In this document: one piece after another, positions 1 through 9,552 of the stretch
Numbering within the stretch: the first letter of the stretch is position 1
How the letters are laid out: each line of letters starts with the position of its first letter
IMG/VR virus record: IMGVR_UViG_3300042887_000814
Coordinates: 1 to 64,000 of that record
Reading direction: 5' to 3' (one strand)
DNA from: an uncultured virus (IMG/VR IMGVR_UViG_3300042887_000814)
Taxonomy: Duplodnaviria; Heunggongvirae; Uroviricota; Caudoviricetes
DNA length: 64,000 nt
The notes under the pieces: model-generated
Database searches by the model: none
What the model was told of the DNA's origin: nothing
Seen by the model: only the letters and a program-made list of their open reading frames with translations
Made by a program: the position numbers and the translations under genes

Positions 1-997
1 GGTTAGAATTGCTAAACAACGAATCGATTACTTTTTTGCCACCATATAATATGGCCAACACAATACCAGCAGGGATAGCAAATTTAAAAGCCACCTGGGC
101 TAGTTCCATGATTGTTTTTTCTTCCAGTGCTGTGCCCACTTTGGCAGTTATGGCCTTGGCAATGTCAGCCGCAGAAGATCCAATTTCGTAGGCACCTAGT
201 CCAACCCCAATTTTATCTGCATTCTTGGCTGCAATCTCTGCACCAGATTTAGCAACTGGTGCGGCCGCTTTCGCTGTAGCCTTACCTGTATTTTTAAGAA
301 CTTGTGCAATTTTAGGTGCCATTGTAATTACTAATCTAGCACCTGCAGCCAATATCGGCGCAAGTTCATTTAATTGTTCTTCTTTGGTTAGTTCACGGCC
401 AATGATTCCGCCGCCGGTACCACCTACTGCACCGCCGATAATTCCACCAATTGGGCCTCCAACTGCGCTACCTGCCACATGGCCAGCAATTCCTCCAATA
501 GTACCGCCTGCTAATTCACCTTTCCAGCCTTCTTCAAAATTGCTCATGCCACCGGCGATAACACCGCCCTCTTGCATATATGTTTTGTGTTCTAGATATT
601 CACGAACTGTGTTTAGATAGTCACTGGCTTTGATGATTTTCTCTTGTACCCAACCCTCTAGACCCTCGTCTTCTGAAACCTGATGTATCATCTTATAGAT
701 TTCTTTAGCATTCTGTGCCGCATGGAATAAGTCGCTACGTGCCATCTCTACTTCGTGATCTCTACGATCCTGATCTTTAGGTATGAATCCGGGCTTTAAT
801 TTCTTCCCTTGTCCGGGGACTAGTATAAGGTCTGCTTCATTGACTTCTGCTTCACTGACTTCAGACTCATAGAATTTCTTCTTGGTCTTCTTACCCTTGA
901 ATAGTGTGCCCTCACGCTTCTGAGTGCCACCCATGGGCATCGCAACGCTTGCTACTGACCCTGATGTTGTGCTTTCATAAATGTCTTTGATTTTCAT
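1..997 (-). CDS. Putative head-internal protein with glycine-zipper segment (3' end runs off window; absent from ORF track)
   Basis: ATG at 997 opens a frame with no stop to position 1: MKIKDIYESTTSGSVASVAMP...GGTIGGIAGHVAGSAVGGPIGGIIGGAVGG...FAIPAGIVLAILYGG; late promoter ATAAATA at 1021-1027. Confidence 0.75.
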   Translation of the reverse strand, partial: MKIKDIYESTTSGSVASVAMPMGGTQKREGTLFKGKKTKKKFYESEVSEAEVNEADLILVPGQGKKLKPGFIPKDQDRRDHEVEMARSDLFHAAQNAKEIYKMIHQVSEDEGLEGWVQEKIIKASDYLNTVREYLEHKTYMQEGGVIAGGMSNFEEGWKGELAGGTIGGIAGHVAGSAVGGPIGGIIGGAVGGTGGGIIGRELTKEEQLNELAPILAAGARLVITMAPKIAQVLKNTGKATAKAAAPVAKSGAEIAAKNADKIGVGLGAYEIGSSAADIAKAITAKVGTALEEKTIMELAQVAFKFAIPAGIVLAILYGGKKVIDSLFSNSN

Positions 998-1020
998 GAC
1001 TTAATTCCGTAATAATATAG

Positions 1021-1063
1021 TATTTATCTATTTGTCCATGTACTGACTAATAGATTATAAATA
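1021..1063. promoter_or_regulatory. Back-to-back T4-type late promoters
   Basis: ATAAATA on minus strand (1021-1027) and TATAAATA on plus strand (1056-1063), each facing a divergent gene. Confidence 0.7.
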
Positions 1064-1068
1064 GACTT

Positions 1069-2463
1069 ATGGCCATAAACTACAATCATCCGATATATGC
1101 AAAACAAAGGGGTACAGAGAAGTATAACGCAGTAGCGCGTAAAGGACTACCAACAAGGGAAGGATTTGATGCACTAAATCCTACTATATGTAGGACTATA
1201 TTTTCAGACGAAATCAATAAAATCACGCAGGGCAAGACGCATTACTCTCTTGCTAAAATGATTCCTGTATTATTCGAAGGACATTATACTGCAGGAAGAG
1301 ACCCTAAAAAACTACTTGAAGACCTATCAGATATACCTGATTCGATATTAAATGAGATACGACAAAAAGAGAGTTTCCTGATATATGAACATGGCGATCC
1401 GGGTGAAGGCTTTCTACATAGACTCTTTAAAAATGTTTGTATTTTAAACAAGATACCTACATCTCAGATAATCATAGTAAGTCATGGTCAGGACTATAAA
1501 TTTTTAGTACCTAAAATAGCAGGAATATACGGATTAGAACCTTGTCACGTAGTATTATATAATCACTTTGACTACTGGATGAAAACAAGATTCATCAGAG
1601 AATTTGAAGCATACAACATAGATATACGAACAACAAAAATCAAAGGACCATTAGAAAATGAGAACCCTGAAAAAATATATCTAAATCTTAACCAAGCATG
1701 GAGATTACACAGGGCTGCATTCATAAGTCATTTGAATGATGCTAAGTTATTAGATTATGGATACAACAGTTTTGTAGGAGTTCCTGAAGTGTTGTTGGGT
1801 AATTGCTTCATATCTTCAAATGAACAACCGTCTTTTGAGATAACAGACATACGTGAGATCGATCATCCGTTGTACAAAAAATACTTTCACGGAGATGATG
1901 ATCAGAAAAAATGGGCTACGCTGACTTATCATAATCAACGATTTTTTAAAGAACCCTTAAGATCGTCTATATTAAATGGTATGGATATATATGATAAGTT
2001 TCCTATGTTTGTAGATAGTCATAAAAATAATATCTACGAAAGTCCTGATAAGGTTAGAACGTTGCTTCCTTACTTAAAGAATAGTTATTTCAGCATCATC
2101 AATGAGACTTACTATAGCAAGGATTATGACGAACAGATAGGCAATAAGTATTGCAGATTTTTGACTGAAAAAACATATAAAGCAATCGCTTGTAGACATC
2201 CATTCATCTTGTTGACTGTAGCCAACTCTTTAGAATTATTACATGACATGGGATATCAAACATTTCACCCATATATAAATGAGGATTATGATAAAGAGAC
2301 TGACGATACCACAAGAATGATCATGGTAACAGAAGAGATAAAGAGATGGACTACTTTAGACAAAGCCACTCTTAATAACTATCGCAAAAAATTAATTGAT
2401 ATCGTGGAGTATAACTACGATCTCTTTATTAATAGAAAAAAATACGTTTTCAGATTGATATAA
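1069..2463 (+). CDS. Putative glycosyltransferase-like protein (GT10-like C-terminal motif), paralogue 1
   Basis: 464 aa; YFSIINETYY...FLTEKTYKAIACRHPFILL...GYQTFHPYINEDYD motif shared with 39832-40950 and 53743-54900. Confidence 0.5.
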   Translation: MAINYNHPIYAKQRGTEKYNAVARKGLPTREGFDALNPTICRTIFSDEINKITQGKTHYSLAKMIPVLFEGHYTAGRDPKKLLEDLSDIPDSILNEIRQKESFLIYEHGDPGEGFLHRLFKNVCILNKIPTSQIIIVSHGQDYKFLVPKIAGIYGLEPCHVVLYNHFDYWMKTRFIREFEAYNIDIRTTKIKGPLENENPEKIYLNLNQAWRLHRAAFISHLNDAKLLDYGYNSFVGVPEVLLGNCFISSNEQPSFEITDIREIDHPLYKKYFHGDDDQKKWATLTYHNQRFFKEPLRSSILNGMDIYDKFPMFVDSHKNNIYESPDKVRTLLPYLKNSYFSIINETYYSKDYDEQIGNKYCRFLTEKTYKAIACRHPFILLTVANSLELLHDMGYQTFHPYINEDYDKETDDTTRMIMVTEEIKRWTTLDKATLNNYRKKLIDIVEYNYDLFINRKKYVFRLI

Positions 2464-2464
2464 A

Positions 2465-2490
2465 ATAAAAGCCCCTTACGGGGCTTTTAT
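2465..2490. terminator. Bidirectional intrinsic terminator
   Basis: ATAAAAGCCCC-TTAC-GGGGCTTTTAT perfect 11-bp stem between convergent genes. Confidence 0.85.
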
Positions 2491-2498
2491 GTTTTGGC

Positions 2499-3365
2499 TT
2501 ATTGTGCCTTCTTTGCTTCTTGCTCTTTGATATACATAGGACCTATGTTATCCATCAAGTACTGCTGATTTTCCATACAGAACACATAACTACCTGAGTG
2601 ACGCAATAGAACTCGCTTATCGACCCAGATACGGCCGCCTAAGTCACGCCAGTTCTCACAGAAAGTCCAATCCTCGCTATAGTAACGATTCTGACGAACT
2701 GCTGTGTCAAAGTAAGTCTTAAGATGCTTATCATACTTAGGATCAAGACCGATGTCGTTCTTATACTGCTTGACCGCAGGGTGACCGTTCATCTTTTCAA
2801 ATACGTGCTTCTTCATCAATAAGAAACCTGTACCTGCTTTGCTTACTTCTTGTAGTCCATCTGGACCTTCTTCGGCTCCATCAAATCCATTGACTACCCA
2901 CTTGATAGGCATAGTCTTCATTGGATATAATCCACCGATAACATCTACGTTACGATTTAATAATACTAACAAGTGCCATGGTTCCCAGCCGATATCAGCA
3001 TCGACAAAGAACAAGTGTGTCGCGTCTGGCATATCGAGGAACTTGGCAGTAAGTGTATTACGTGCGCGGCTGATCAAACTCTCGTTGACCATAGTCTCCA
3101 GTGTCCAATCGATTCCTAACTGTCTTGCAGTATTCGCCCATTTAATGAAACTCATGAAGGTGGATTCTGTAAGCATCCCGCCATAACATGGCATCGCTAT
3201 ATGAACTCTAGTAGTTCTCAAAAAATCGACATTGACTTGTATCTGTTGCTGTCCGGGCTGTTGCTGCCCATCTGCTTGGGGAGCCTGCTGCGCCTGTGCA
3301 ACAATCTCTTGAACCTGTTCTACTGGAACAGTCTTCTCTTCTGCTTTAGTTTTTTTGTTGGCCAT
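2499..3365 (-). CDS. GT-A fold (family 2-like) glycosyltransferase with Q-rich N-terminal extension
   Basis: HIAMPCYGG, ESLISRARN, HLFFVDADI (DxD), GTGFLL, SEDWTFC motifs; start moved to ATG 3365 after GAGAGG RBS. Confidence 0.75.
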   Translation of the reverse strand: MANKKTKAEEKTVPVEQVQEIVAQAQQAPQADGQQQPGQQQIQVNVDFLRTTRVHIAMPCYGGMLTESTFMSFIKWANTARQLGIDWTLETMVNESLISRARNTLTAKFLDMPDATHLFFVDADIGWEPWHLLVLLNRNVDVIGGLYPMKTMPIKWVVNGFDGAEEGPDGLQEVSKAGTGFLLMKKHVFEKMNGHPAVKQYKNDIGLDPKYDKHLKTYFDTAVRQNRYYSEDWTFCENWRDLGGRIWVDKRVLLRHSGSYVFCMENQQYLMDNIGPMYIKEQEAKKAQ

Positions 3366-3400
3366 ATTTCCTCTCAAACTTGTACAGTTATTTACTGTTG

Positions 3401-4201
3401 TCAGAGAGTGCTGATTTTTTTCTTATACGTTTGATAGTCTACCATTTCTAATAATTTGTTAGCCCAAAGAGTATTAGTGATAGGTCCTGCATGTATTAAA
3501 TCTCTAGCGACATCTTGAAATGTCTCTATTCCGTCCCATTGAATGATATTAGTATTGTAACCTTCATTTTCTAGTTTAATATCCGCCATCAAGTTTAACT
3601 CTATCACCTTGATGTTCATAGTGGATAGATATTCCAATGTCAATTTTCTATAAAAATGAGAGTGACTTACAGGCAATTCATGCATGTGTAATGTCTTGAA
3701 TACTTCGTAATCATACTGAAAATGAAAGTCTTGCATAGGGTTATAAACTGCATACTGACCTTCTTTATGTACCAATGCATATCTATTGAAATGAGGCCAT
3801 TGCAGAATGATTGCTTTGGGTTTAATATGTACCTTATTAAGGAACATAGTAAGATTATAATATGTGGTGTTGACTGAAGAGCCTTTTAATCCTAGATTAT
3901 AATAATCCAATCCAAGATTCTTGGCTAATATATAGGGGTACGTCTCTTCCAGTTTTTCTGCGTGACCATCAGTTGTACTGCATCCAGTAACCAATATATA
4001 ATCATCGTTTAAATCTTGTATCTCTTTACATCTATGACCATTACTATTATAGTCATAGGTTATATCTAAGTCTTTATATCGCCAGTTTTTTATTTTTGCG
4101 CAGTTATTTTCAAACTCTTCGCGCTCGCCCTTAAAGTAATAATAACGATTGTATGGTTTGGAATGCCCTATGAAACCATTCTGAAAATAGTTATAAATCA
4201 T
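3401..4201 (-). CDS. SGNH/GDSL-like hydrolase or acyltransferase, paralogue 1
   Basis: ILVTGCSTTDG (block I), NLGLKGSS (block II), DLIH (block V DxxH). Confidence 0.55.
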   Translation of the reverse strand: MIYNYFQNGFIGHSKPYNRYYYFKGEREEFENNCAKIKNWRYKDLDITYDYNSNGHRCKEIQDLNDDYILVTGCSTTDGHAEKLEETYPYILAKNLGLDYYNLGLKGSSVNTTYYNLTMFLNKVHIKPKAIILQWPHFNRYALVHKEGQYAVYNPMQDFHFQYDYEVFKTLHMHELPVSHSHFYRKLTLEYLSTMNIKVIELNLMADIKLENEGYNTNIIQWDGIETFQDVARDLIHAGPITNTLWANKLLEMVDYQTYKKKISTL

Positions 4202-4893
4202 TAATTCTCAGGTAGATAGTCTATCGCTTCTTTGACTTCGGGCTTCTTTCCGTCTTTCTTCATACTGATAGCAATCGCTGCCTGCTGTGCAGGATTAGCA
4301 GCCTCAGTCTGTGCGCCCATACCTGCATCAAGTAATTTAACTACATTGGTTGCTAGTTTTTGATTCTTTTGTGTAGCAGGATATAGGCTCATTACCATTG
4401 CGGTCTTTTGTCTATCATTCAATCCAGGCCATGCATTACGTATCTCAGTTGCGCTCTTGATTCCTGGACCGAATTCTACTGTTGGTAGATAATCAATGTA
4501 TGCATGTTTACTGAAAGGTTGTAAATCTTTACCAGTCCATGGTTGAAAATAACTAGGACTGCCATCTTTCTTAGTACCACCTGGTTTAGGTTGCTCAGTT
4601 CTATCTTTTTCGCTACGCACAAAAATCAATACATCACTATCAGGATCATACTGGCTTGTTATCTCTTCTGGTTTGAAGGGACTTTTTACTTGAACAAAAC
4701 GTCCCGGTGCAACGCCTGCAAGTTTTGCTAGTTTCTCTTTGATTTCAAAGGGAAAAGGTCTTGCTTTTTGATCGTTAGTCGCTGCCACATAAACATCCGC
4801 TCCCGGAAAGGCTTCTAATGCACTCTTATACAATGCATAATGTCCTGCATGGAAAGGATGAAAACCACCTGGCATGATGACTATCTGTTTCAT
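4201..4893 (-). CDS. HIGH-motif nucleotidyltransferase (cytidylyltransferase-like)
   Basis: N-terminal PGGFHPFHAGHY and later KSATEIR motif typical of class I nucleotidyltransferases. Confidence 0.7.
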   Translation of the reverse strand: MKQIVIMPGGFHPFHAGHYALYKSALEAFPGADVYVAATNDQKARPFPFEIKEKLAKLAGVAPGRFVQVKSPFKPEEITSQYDPDSDVLIFVRSEKDRTEQPKPGGTKKDGSPSYFQPWTGKDLQPFSKHAYIDYLPTVEFGPGIKSATEIRNAWPGLNDRQKTAMVMSLYPATQKNQKLATNVVKLLDAGMGAQTEAANPAQQAAIAISMKKDGKKPEVKEAIDYLPEN

Positions 4894-4894
4894 A

Positions 4895-5281
4895 TTAATA
4901 ACTCAACTTAACAAAATTAACAACACCGCCCGCAAAATCAACGATTTTGGCGCGCATGTAAACGAAATTACCTTCTATATTAGTATAGATGCTTGCGTTG
5001 CTTGCATCATAAGTATCGCTGCCTGTGGCTGAATTAGCATTAGCCACTAGTTCATATACCTTGAACCATTCAGCATTAGAACTATTACTATTTAAACTTG
5101 CTTCAATAACGATGTTCGCGCTACAATTAGACAATCTGATATTGACTGTTTGTAGGTCTTGGTTTCCTAGATAATATGCAGCCGCGGGCTGTGCATTACC
5201 CGTAACTGTATAAACATTGGCAGTACCGCCGCCGTTATAAGTTGTCTGCGGTAATAATTCAAGTATAGTGACCTGACTCAT
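4895..5281 (-). CDS. Hypothetical beta-rich protein, probably virion-associated
   Basis: 128-aa ORF, TAATG-coupled to upstream small ORF, within late transcript. Confidence 0.55.
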   Translation of the reverse strand: MSQVTILELLPQTTYNGGGTANVYTVTGNAQPAAAYYLGNQDLQTVNIRLSNCSANIVIEASLNSNSSNAEWFKVYELVANANSATGSDTYDASNASIYTNIEGNFVYMRAKIVDFAGGVVNFVKLSY

Positions 5282-5448
5282 TATGCTTTCACCGCTTCAA
5301 CAACGATGCCCTCACCCGCGAGTTCTTGGGCCACTTGTTCTAATGCGGCCAACGTCTCTGGTGTAGCAATATCTGCACTGTCTTTATCGTTGTCTTTGAC
5401 TATCTTGCTGAACTTTATGACAACGACATCTTCTACGATTTTAGCCAT
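5281..5448 (-). CDS. Small hypothetical protein (55 aa; below ORF-track cutoff)
   Basis: MAKIVEDVVVIKFSKIVKDNDKDSADIATPETLAALEQVAQELAGEGIVVEAVKA*; GGAG RBS and ATAAATA promoter upstream. Confidence 0.75.
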   Translation of the reverse strand: MAKIVEDVVVIKFSKIVKDNDKDSADIATPETLAALEQVAQELAGEGIVVEAVKA

Positions 5449-5481
5449 AAATACTCCATTCTATTAGAGTATTTATCTATA

Positions 5482-6171
5482 TCACTTCTGTTTCTGTAGA
5501 GAATATGATTTCCCTAGAAAATCACCAAACCATATACCCAAGATAGATATCATCCCGGGGTCGTTATAGTCTATATAGTACGATGTGTGCATATATCGGT
5601 ATGTACTCTGCGGATATTTATTAAGCATCCTGACCATCCCGGGACTGAAACGTATCTTGTCCCCGTACATATTTCTCAAGTCATTGACCTGATCTTGAAA
5701 ATCTACCGGGCATTTCCTACCTTTAAAGAAAGTTCTGTGCTTATATTTAGGTTCTTTCTTAAAGAACAATGTATCTGAAGTTTTGATGTATGCTTCACTA
5801 AACTTGAGTGAAGGATCTATCACAACTAATGTCTTGAGCATGTCTAGATCATTACTGAAAAAACTGATATTATTCCCTTGAATCCTACACATGAAGGTTT
5901 CGTTATTTCTATTATTCTTCCAATCAAAAAACTTTTCTATCTGCTCGAAATTAATATGATCGTATGTCTCTTCAAACCTACTATTTAAAATACTGATTCT
6001 ATACTGATTCCTATTAGCCTTAGTATTTTCAAGTTTTTTCTTGAATTGGTCAAGGGTGTTGGTATAATAAGTATAGGCAGCACCCATGACTTTTAATTGT
6101 GCGCGATATTTGTATTTGCCAAAATACAAACCAGTGCGGTCATCAATTGTTAACTGTAATGATTCCATCAT
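5482..6171 (-). CDS. Hypothetical protein
   Basis: About 229-aa ORF overlapping the ClpA 3' end; GGAG before tandem ATGs at 6171/6168. Confidence 0.6.
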   Translation of the reverse strand: MMESLQLTIDDRTGLYFGKYKYRAQLKVMGAAYTYYTNTLDQFKKKLENTKANRNQYRISILNSRFEETYDHINFEQIEKFFDWKNNRNNETFMCRIQGNNISFFSNDLDMLKTLVVIDPSLKFSEAYIKTSDTLFFKKEPKYKHRTFFKGRKCPVDFQDQVNDLRNMYGDKIRFSPGMVRMLNKYPQSTYRYMHTSYYIDYNDPGMISILGIWFGDFLGKSYSLQKQK

Positions 6172-8410
6172 CTCCAACCTTTGCTGTCATTTTATTCGTG
6201 ATGGCAAATTCGATGTTGTCTCCTACTAGATTTACCATGATGCTAGCATTGTTGATCTTTTCAAAGAGAATCTTCTTTGAAAGAGGTACACGCAACAATT
6301 CATCGATCTTACGTGCTAATGGACGTGCGCCCATCTTGCTATCGTAACCCTTGTCAGCAAGATATTCAACGACCGGTTCGCTTAAGTTAAGAGTGATGTT
6401 ATGCTTCTCAAGCAATGCCTTTTTGACATCCTCAGTGAATTTGATAACGATCTTCTTGATACTCAGCGTGTCCAACTTCTTGAACTTACAGACCTTATCA
6501 AGACGGTTTCTAAACTCAGGCTTGAAGAAGTCCTTGAATGCCTTGTCATCTTCACCGGTCTTTATCATGTCACCGAATCCGATAGCGTTTCGTTCACCAT
6601 CTGCACTGCCCAAGTTACTGGTCATGATGATGATAGTATTCTTACATGACACTTCCTTACCATTGCTACCTGTGACGCGCCCTTCATCAAGGATCTGCAA
6701 GAAGATGTTGAAGATGTCAGGGTGAGCCTTCTCAACTTCATCAAACAACATTATGCTATGCGGGTTCTTGCTCAAGTCACTGATCAAGCGACCACCTTGT
6801 ACTTGGCTATCACCGAATCCAACATAACCAGGAGGAGGTCCGATCAATGCGCTAACTGTATGTTTCTCGCTATACTCTGACATATCATATTTCAATAATG
6901 GCATGTCAAGATTCTTGCTCAACAACTTAGCAAGTTCAGTCTTACCTGTACCAGTCGGGCCCAAGAACAAGAAACTTGCGATAGGCTTAGTCTCGTTGTT
7001 GATTCCAGCAAAACTTACATAAACACGATCCAACACTTCGTCTACTGCTTCATCTTGACCATATAGTTTAGCCTTGACATTACTTTCAAGGTTAGTGATG
7101 CGATCAAAATTATCTCCCGACAACTTATCAGCAGGAACTCCAGTGAACTTCTCTACTTGATCAAAAATCATTTGCTTAGTGATGTCTGCGCCCTTGTTCT
7201 CAAGAACACGCTGTTTAGCACAGGCTGCGTCAAGCAAGTCAATGCTCTTGTCGGGATTTTTACGATCATGAATATAACGACCAGCCATTTCTACTGCGCT
7301 TTCGATTGCTTCGTCAGCGATCTTGACATCATGGAAGTCATTCAATCGTTCGCTCAAACCGCGCAAGATACGAACAGTAGTATCAGTGGTAGGCTCATCG
7401 ATTGCTACACGATAAAACCTGCGCATCAATGCACGATCCTTCTCAAAACTTTCGTAGAAATCTTCCCAAGTCGTGCTTGCGATGATCTTCAATGTACCCT
7501 TAGTGATAGCAGGCTTGATCATGTTAGCAAAGTCAACACTGCCGTTGCTACTGCTGCCAGCGTTTTGCATCATATGTGCTTCATCGATGAATAGGATAGC
7601 CTTCTTCTTAGTATTGAGTGCCTCCATTACCTGCTTGACCTTCTCTTCAAAATCACCGCGATAACGACTACCGGCTAACAAACTACCGATCTCAAGACTA
7701 TACAATTCATGATCCTTCAAGAACTCAGGAACTTCATCGTTGACGATGGCACGTGCGATACCTTCTGCGATAGCAGTCTTACCTACGCCCGGATCACCTA
7801 CCATCAATACGTTGCTCTTGAAACGCTTGGCGAGTACGTTGATGATATCATCGATCTCTTTGTGACGACCGATCAATGGCTCAAGTTTATCTTTTCTTGC
7901 TAGATTAGTGAGATTGATGGTATGTTCTTCTAGGATCTCTTCTGCTTGGCTCTCAGTGAAGACAGAACCATGCTCACCGCCCTTATAATGCTTTTGCCAA
8001 TACGGGAAGAATTCTTGCTTGGACACACCATACTTCAACAAGAAATAATGTGCATGACTGTTGTTTTCGCTAGCGATGCTAAAATACAAATCGATAGTAG
8101 TAACTGTCCTGCGACCGCTGAACAATACCTGCGTCACGCTACGATTCATCACACGCTCAAGGCTGTTAGTCTTTTTAGGAACAGCATTTGGTTCTTTGCC
8201 TACAATGCTTTGCAATCCCTTGACATAAGATGCGATCTCATCCGACATAAGATCGACATCTACTCCAAAACCGATCAGACATTTCTTGAACGGACTAAAC
8301 GTGACTAATGCCAATAGTAAATGCTCTATAGTCACGTATTCGTGATTATGCTCTTTGGCAAATGCGATTGCCTGTTCGATGATGTTTTCAATTTCGGGTG
8401 ATGTATTCAT
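6143..8410 (-). CDS. clpA: ClpA-type Hsp100 ATPase/unfoldase
   Basis: Clp N-domain (HEYVTIEHLLLAL), Walker A1 GDPGVGKT, LFIDEAH, Walker A2 GPTGTGKT, LFDEVEKAH, IGF loop, MGARPL; no ClpB middle domain. Confidence 0.9.
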   Translation of the reverse strand: MNTSPEIENIIEQAIAFAKEHNHEYVTIEHLLLALVTFSPFKKCLIGFGVDVDLMSDEIASYVKGLQSIVGKEPNAVPKKTNSLERVMNRSVTQVLFSGRRTVTTIDLYFSIASENNSHAHYFLLKYGVSKQEFFPYWQKHYKGGEHGSVFTESQAEEILEEHTINLTNLARKDKLEPLIGRHKEIDDIINVLAKRFKSNVLMVGDPGVGKTAIAEGIARAIVNDEVPEFLKDHELYSLEIGSLLAGSRYRGDFEEKVKQVMEALNTKKKAILFIDEAHMMQNAGSSSNGSVDFANMIKPAITKGTLKIIASTTWEDFYESFEKDRALMRRFYRVAIDEPTTDTTVRILRGLSERLNDFHDVKIADEAIESAVEMAGRYIHDRKNPDKSIDLLDAACAKQRVLENKGADITKQMIFDQVEKFTGVPADKLSGDNFDRITNLESNVKAKLYGQDEAVDEVLDRVYVSFAGINNETKPIASFLFLGPTGTGKTELAKLLSKNLDMPLLKYDMSEYSEKHTVSALIGPPPGYVGFGDSQVQGGRLISDLSKNPHSIMLFDEVEKAHPDIFNIFLQILDEGRVTGSNGKEVSCKNTIIIMTSNLGSADGERNAIGFGDMIKTGEDDKAFKDFFKPEFRNRLDKVCKFKKLDTLSIKKIVIKFTEDVKKALLEKHNITLNLSEPVVEYLADKGYDSKMGARPLARKIDELLRVPLSKKILFEKINNASIMVNLVGDNIEFAITNKMTAKVGDDGIITVNN

Positions 8411-8430
8411 AAGCCTCTCTTTTAAAATAT

Positions 8431-9216
8431 TTATTTGCTACGATTGCGCAAAATACTATCTATGATTTCGTTATCTATTATATCGGGAATATAGGGTTTT
8501 AGCAAGATGTATTGGTCTCCGTGATTAGCGGTGTTGACTATGGGCATACCATAACCTGACAATCTAATGCTTTGAAATGGTTGTGTTTTTGGTTTTATAG
8601 TTACATTTAATTCTTTTCCCGATACTGTCTTGAAGTGAAAGTCTGTACCAACAATCAAGTCTAACACATTGATGCTATGATTGCAATAGAGATCATTACC
8701 TCGCCTATCAAATCGTAGATCAGGTAACATGTTGAATTCTACTATCAATACACCACCATCCATGACGTTATCAAAACGCATTTGGTCTTGATTGTTTGCA
8801 CCCGGGGGAATTTTGATATCTATGACCTTTTTACCGTTCATAGTACCTAATTCTAGTATCTTATTAATACCGTGATAAGCATCTTGTAATGTGATATCTA
8901 CACGGGTTCTATAGACTTGTTTTCTGACGCCCTTAGGACCATTATGATCACGGAAGACTTGTCCAAACAAATCATTTAGATCGAAAGGCTGACCGTTGAA
9001 TCCGAACCCACCCGGAAATCCTTGGGGCATTGGATTATCGTATTGTTGTCTTTTTTGTGGATCGCTCAGTACATCGTATGCTGTTTGGATCTCTTGAAAT
9101 TTATGCGTGTCACCGCCCTTGTCAGGATGATGCTGACTTGCTAATTTGCGGTAGGCTTTTTTGATATCATCGGGTGTAGCATTTTTTGCAACACCCAATG
9201 TTGCATAATGGTCCAT
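8431..9216 (-). CDS. dnaJ: DnaJ-class (type II, CbpA-like) co-chaperone
   Basis: J-domain with HPD (KLASQHHPDKGG), G/F region, C-terminal domain (GDQYILL); no zinc finger. Confidence 0.9.
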   Translation of the reverse strand: MDHYATLGVAKNATPDDIKKAYRKLASQHHPDKGGDTHKFQEIQTAYDVLSDPQKRQQYDNPMPQGFPGGFGFNGQPFDLNDLFGQVFRDHNGPKGVRKQVYRTRVDITLQDAYHGINKILELGTMNGKKVIDIKIPPGANNQDQMRFDNVMDGGVLIVEFNMLPDLRFDRRGNDLYCNHSINVLDLIVGTDFHFKTVSGKELNVTIKPKTQPFQSIRLSGYGMPIVNTANHGDQYILLKPYIPDIIDNEIIDSILRNRSK

Positions 9217-9221
9217 TCTTT

Positions 9222-9250
9222 ATTATAAATCAATTAAGGATGAAAGTCAA
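9222..9250 (-). promoter_or_regulatory. sigma70-type promoter for dnaJ-clpA
   Basis: TTGACT-N17-TATAAT, 5 nt before the dnaJ ATG. Confidence 0.75.
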
Positions 9251-9545
9251 CGTTTTGATCATCCCATTTATTACTGCGATATGGCTTTCTCGGTTCTACA
9301 TCAAAATCATACTCTGGTTTTCTACGTGCAAACTTTTCAAGTCCTGTAGCACCGAAACCTCCTAGCACGATCCAAGCCATAGTTTCATATATAAATGCAT
9401 CCATTTTATAGTTAAAAAACAAGTTCGCTATGAAAGCCACAACACATAAAATAAAAGCGATAAATGTTATCACTCTTTTACTCGACACCGATTCACTGTC
9501 ATGGCTATCGGCTAACATTGTTTTCATATTCTGACGCAAACTCAT
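9234..9545 (-). CDS. Two-TM membrane protein (holin-like candidate)
   Basis: SSKRV followed by two hydrophobic segments and a charged C-tail. Confidence 0.5.
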   Translation of the reverse strand: MSLRQNMKTMLADSHDSESVSSKRVITFIAFILCVVAFIANLFFNYKMDAFIYETMAWIVLGGFGATGLEKFARRKPEYDFDVEPRKPYRSNKWDDQNVDFHP

Positions 9546-9552
9546 CGTTTCC

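Noticed and set aside
9..620. Plus-strand ORFs 9-191 and 225-620
   Set aside because: Antisense to the minus-strand gene starting at 997; the Pro-rich stretch mirrors its glycine zipper
6099..8308. Several plus-strand ORFs within clpA
   Set aside because: Shadow frames of a well-conserved gene
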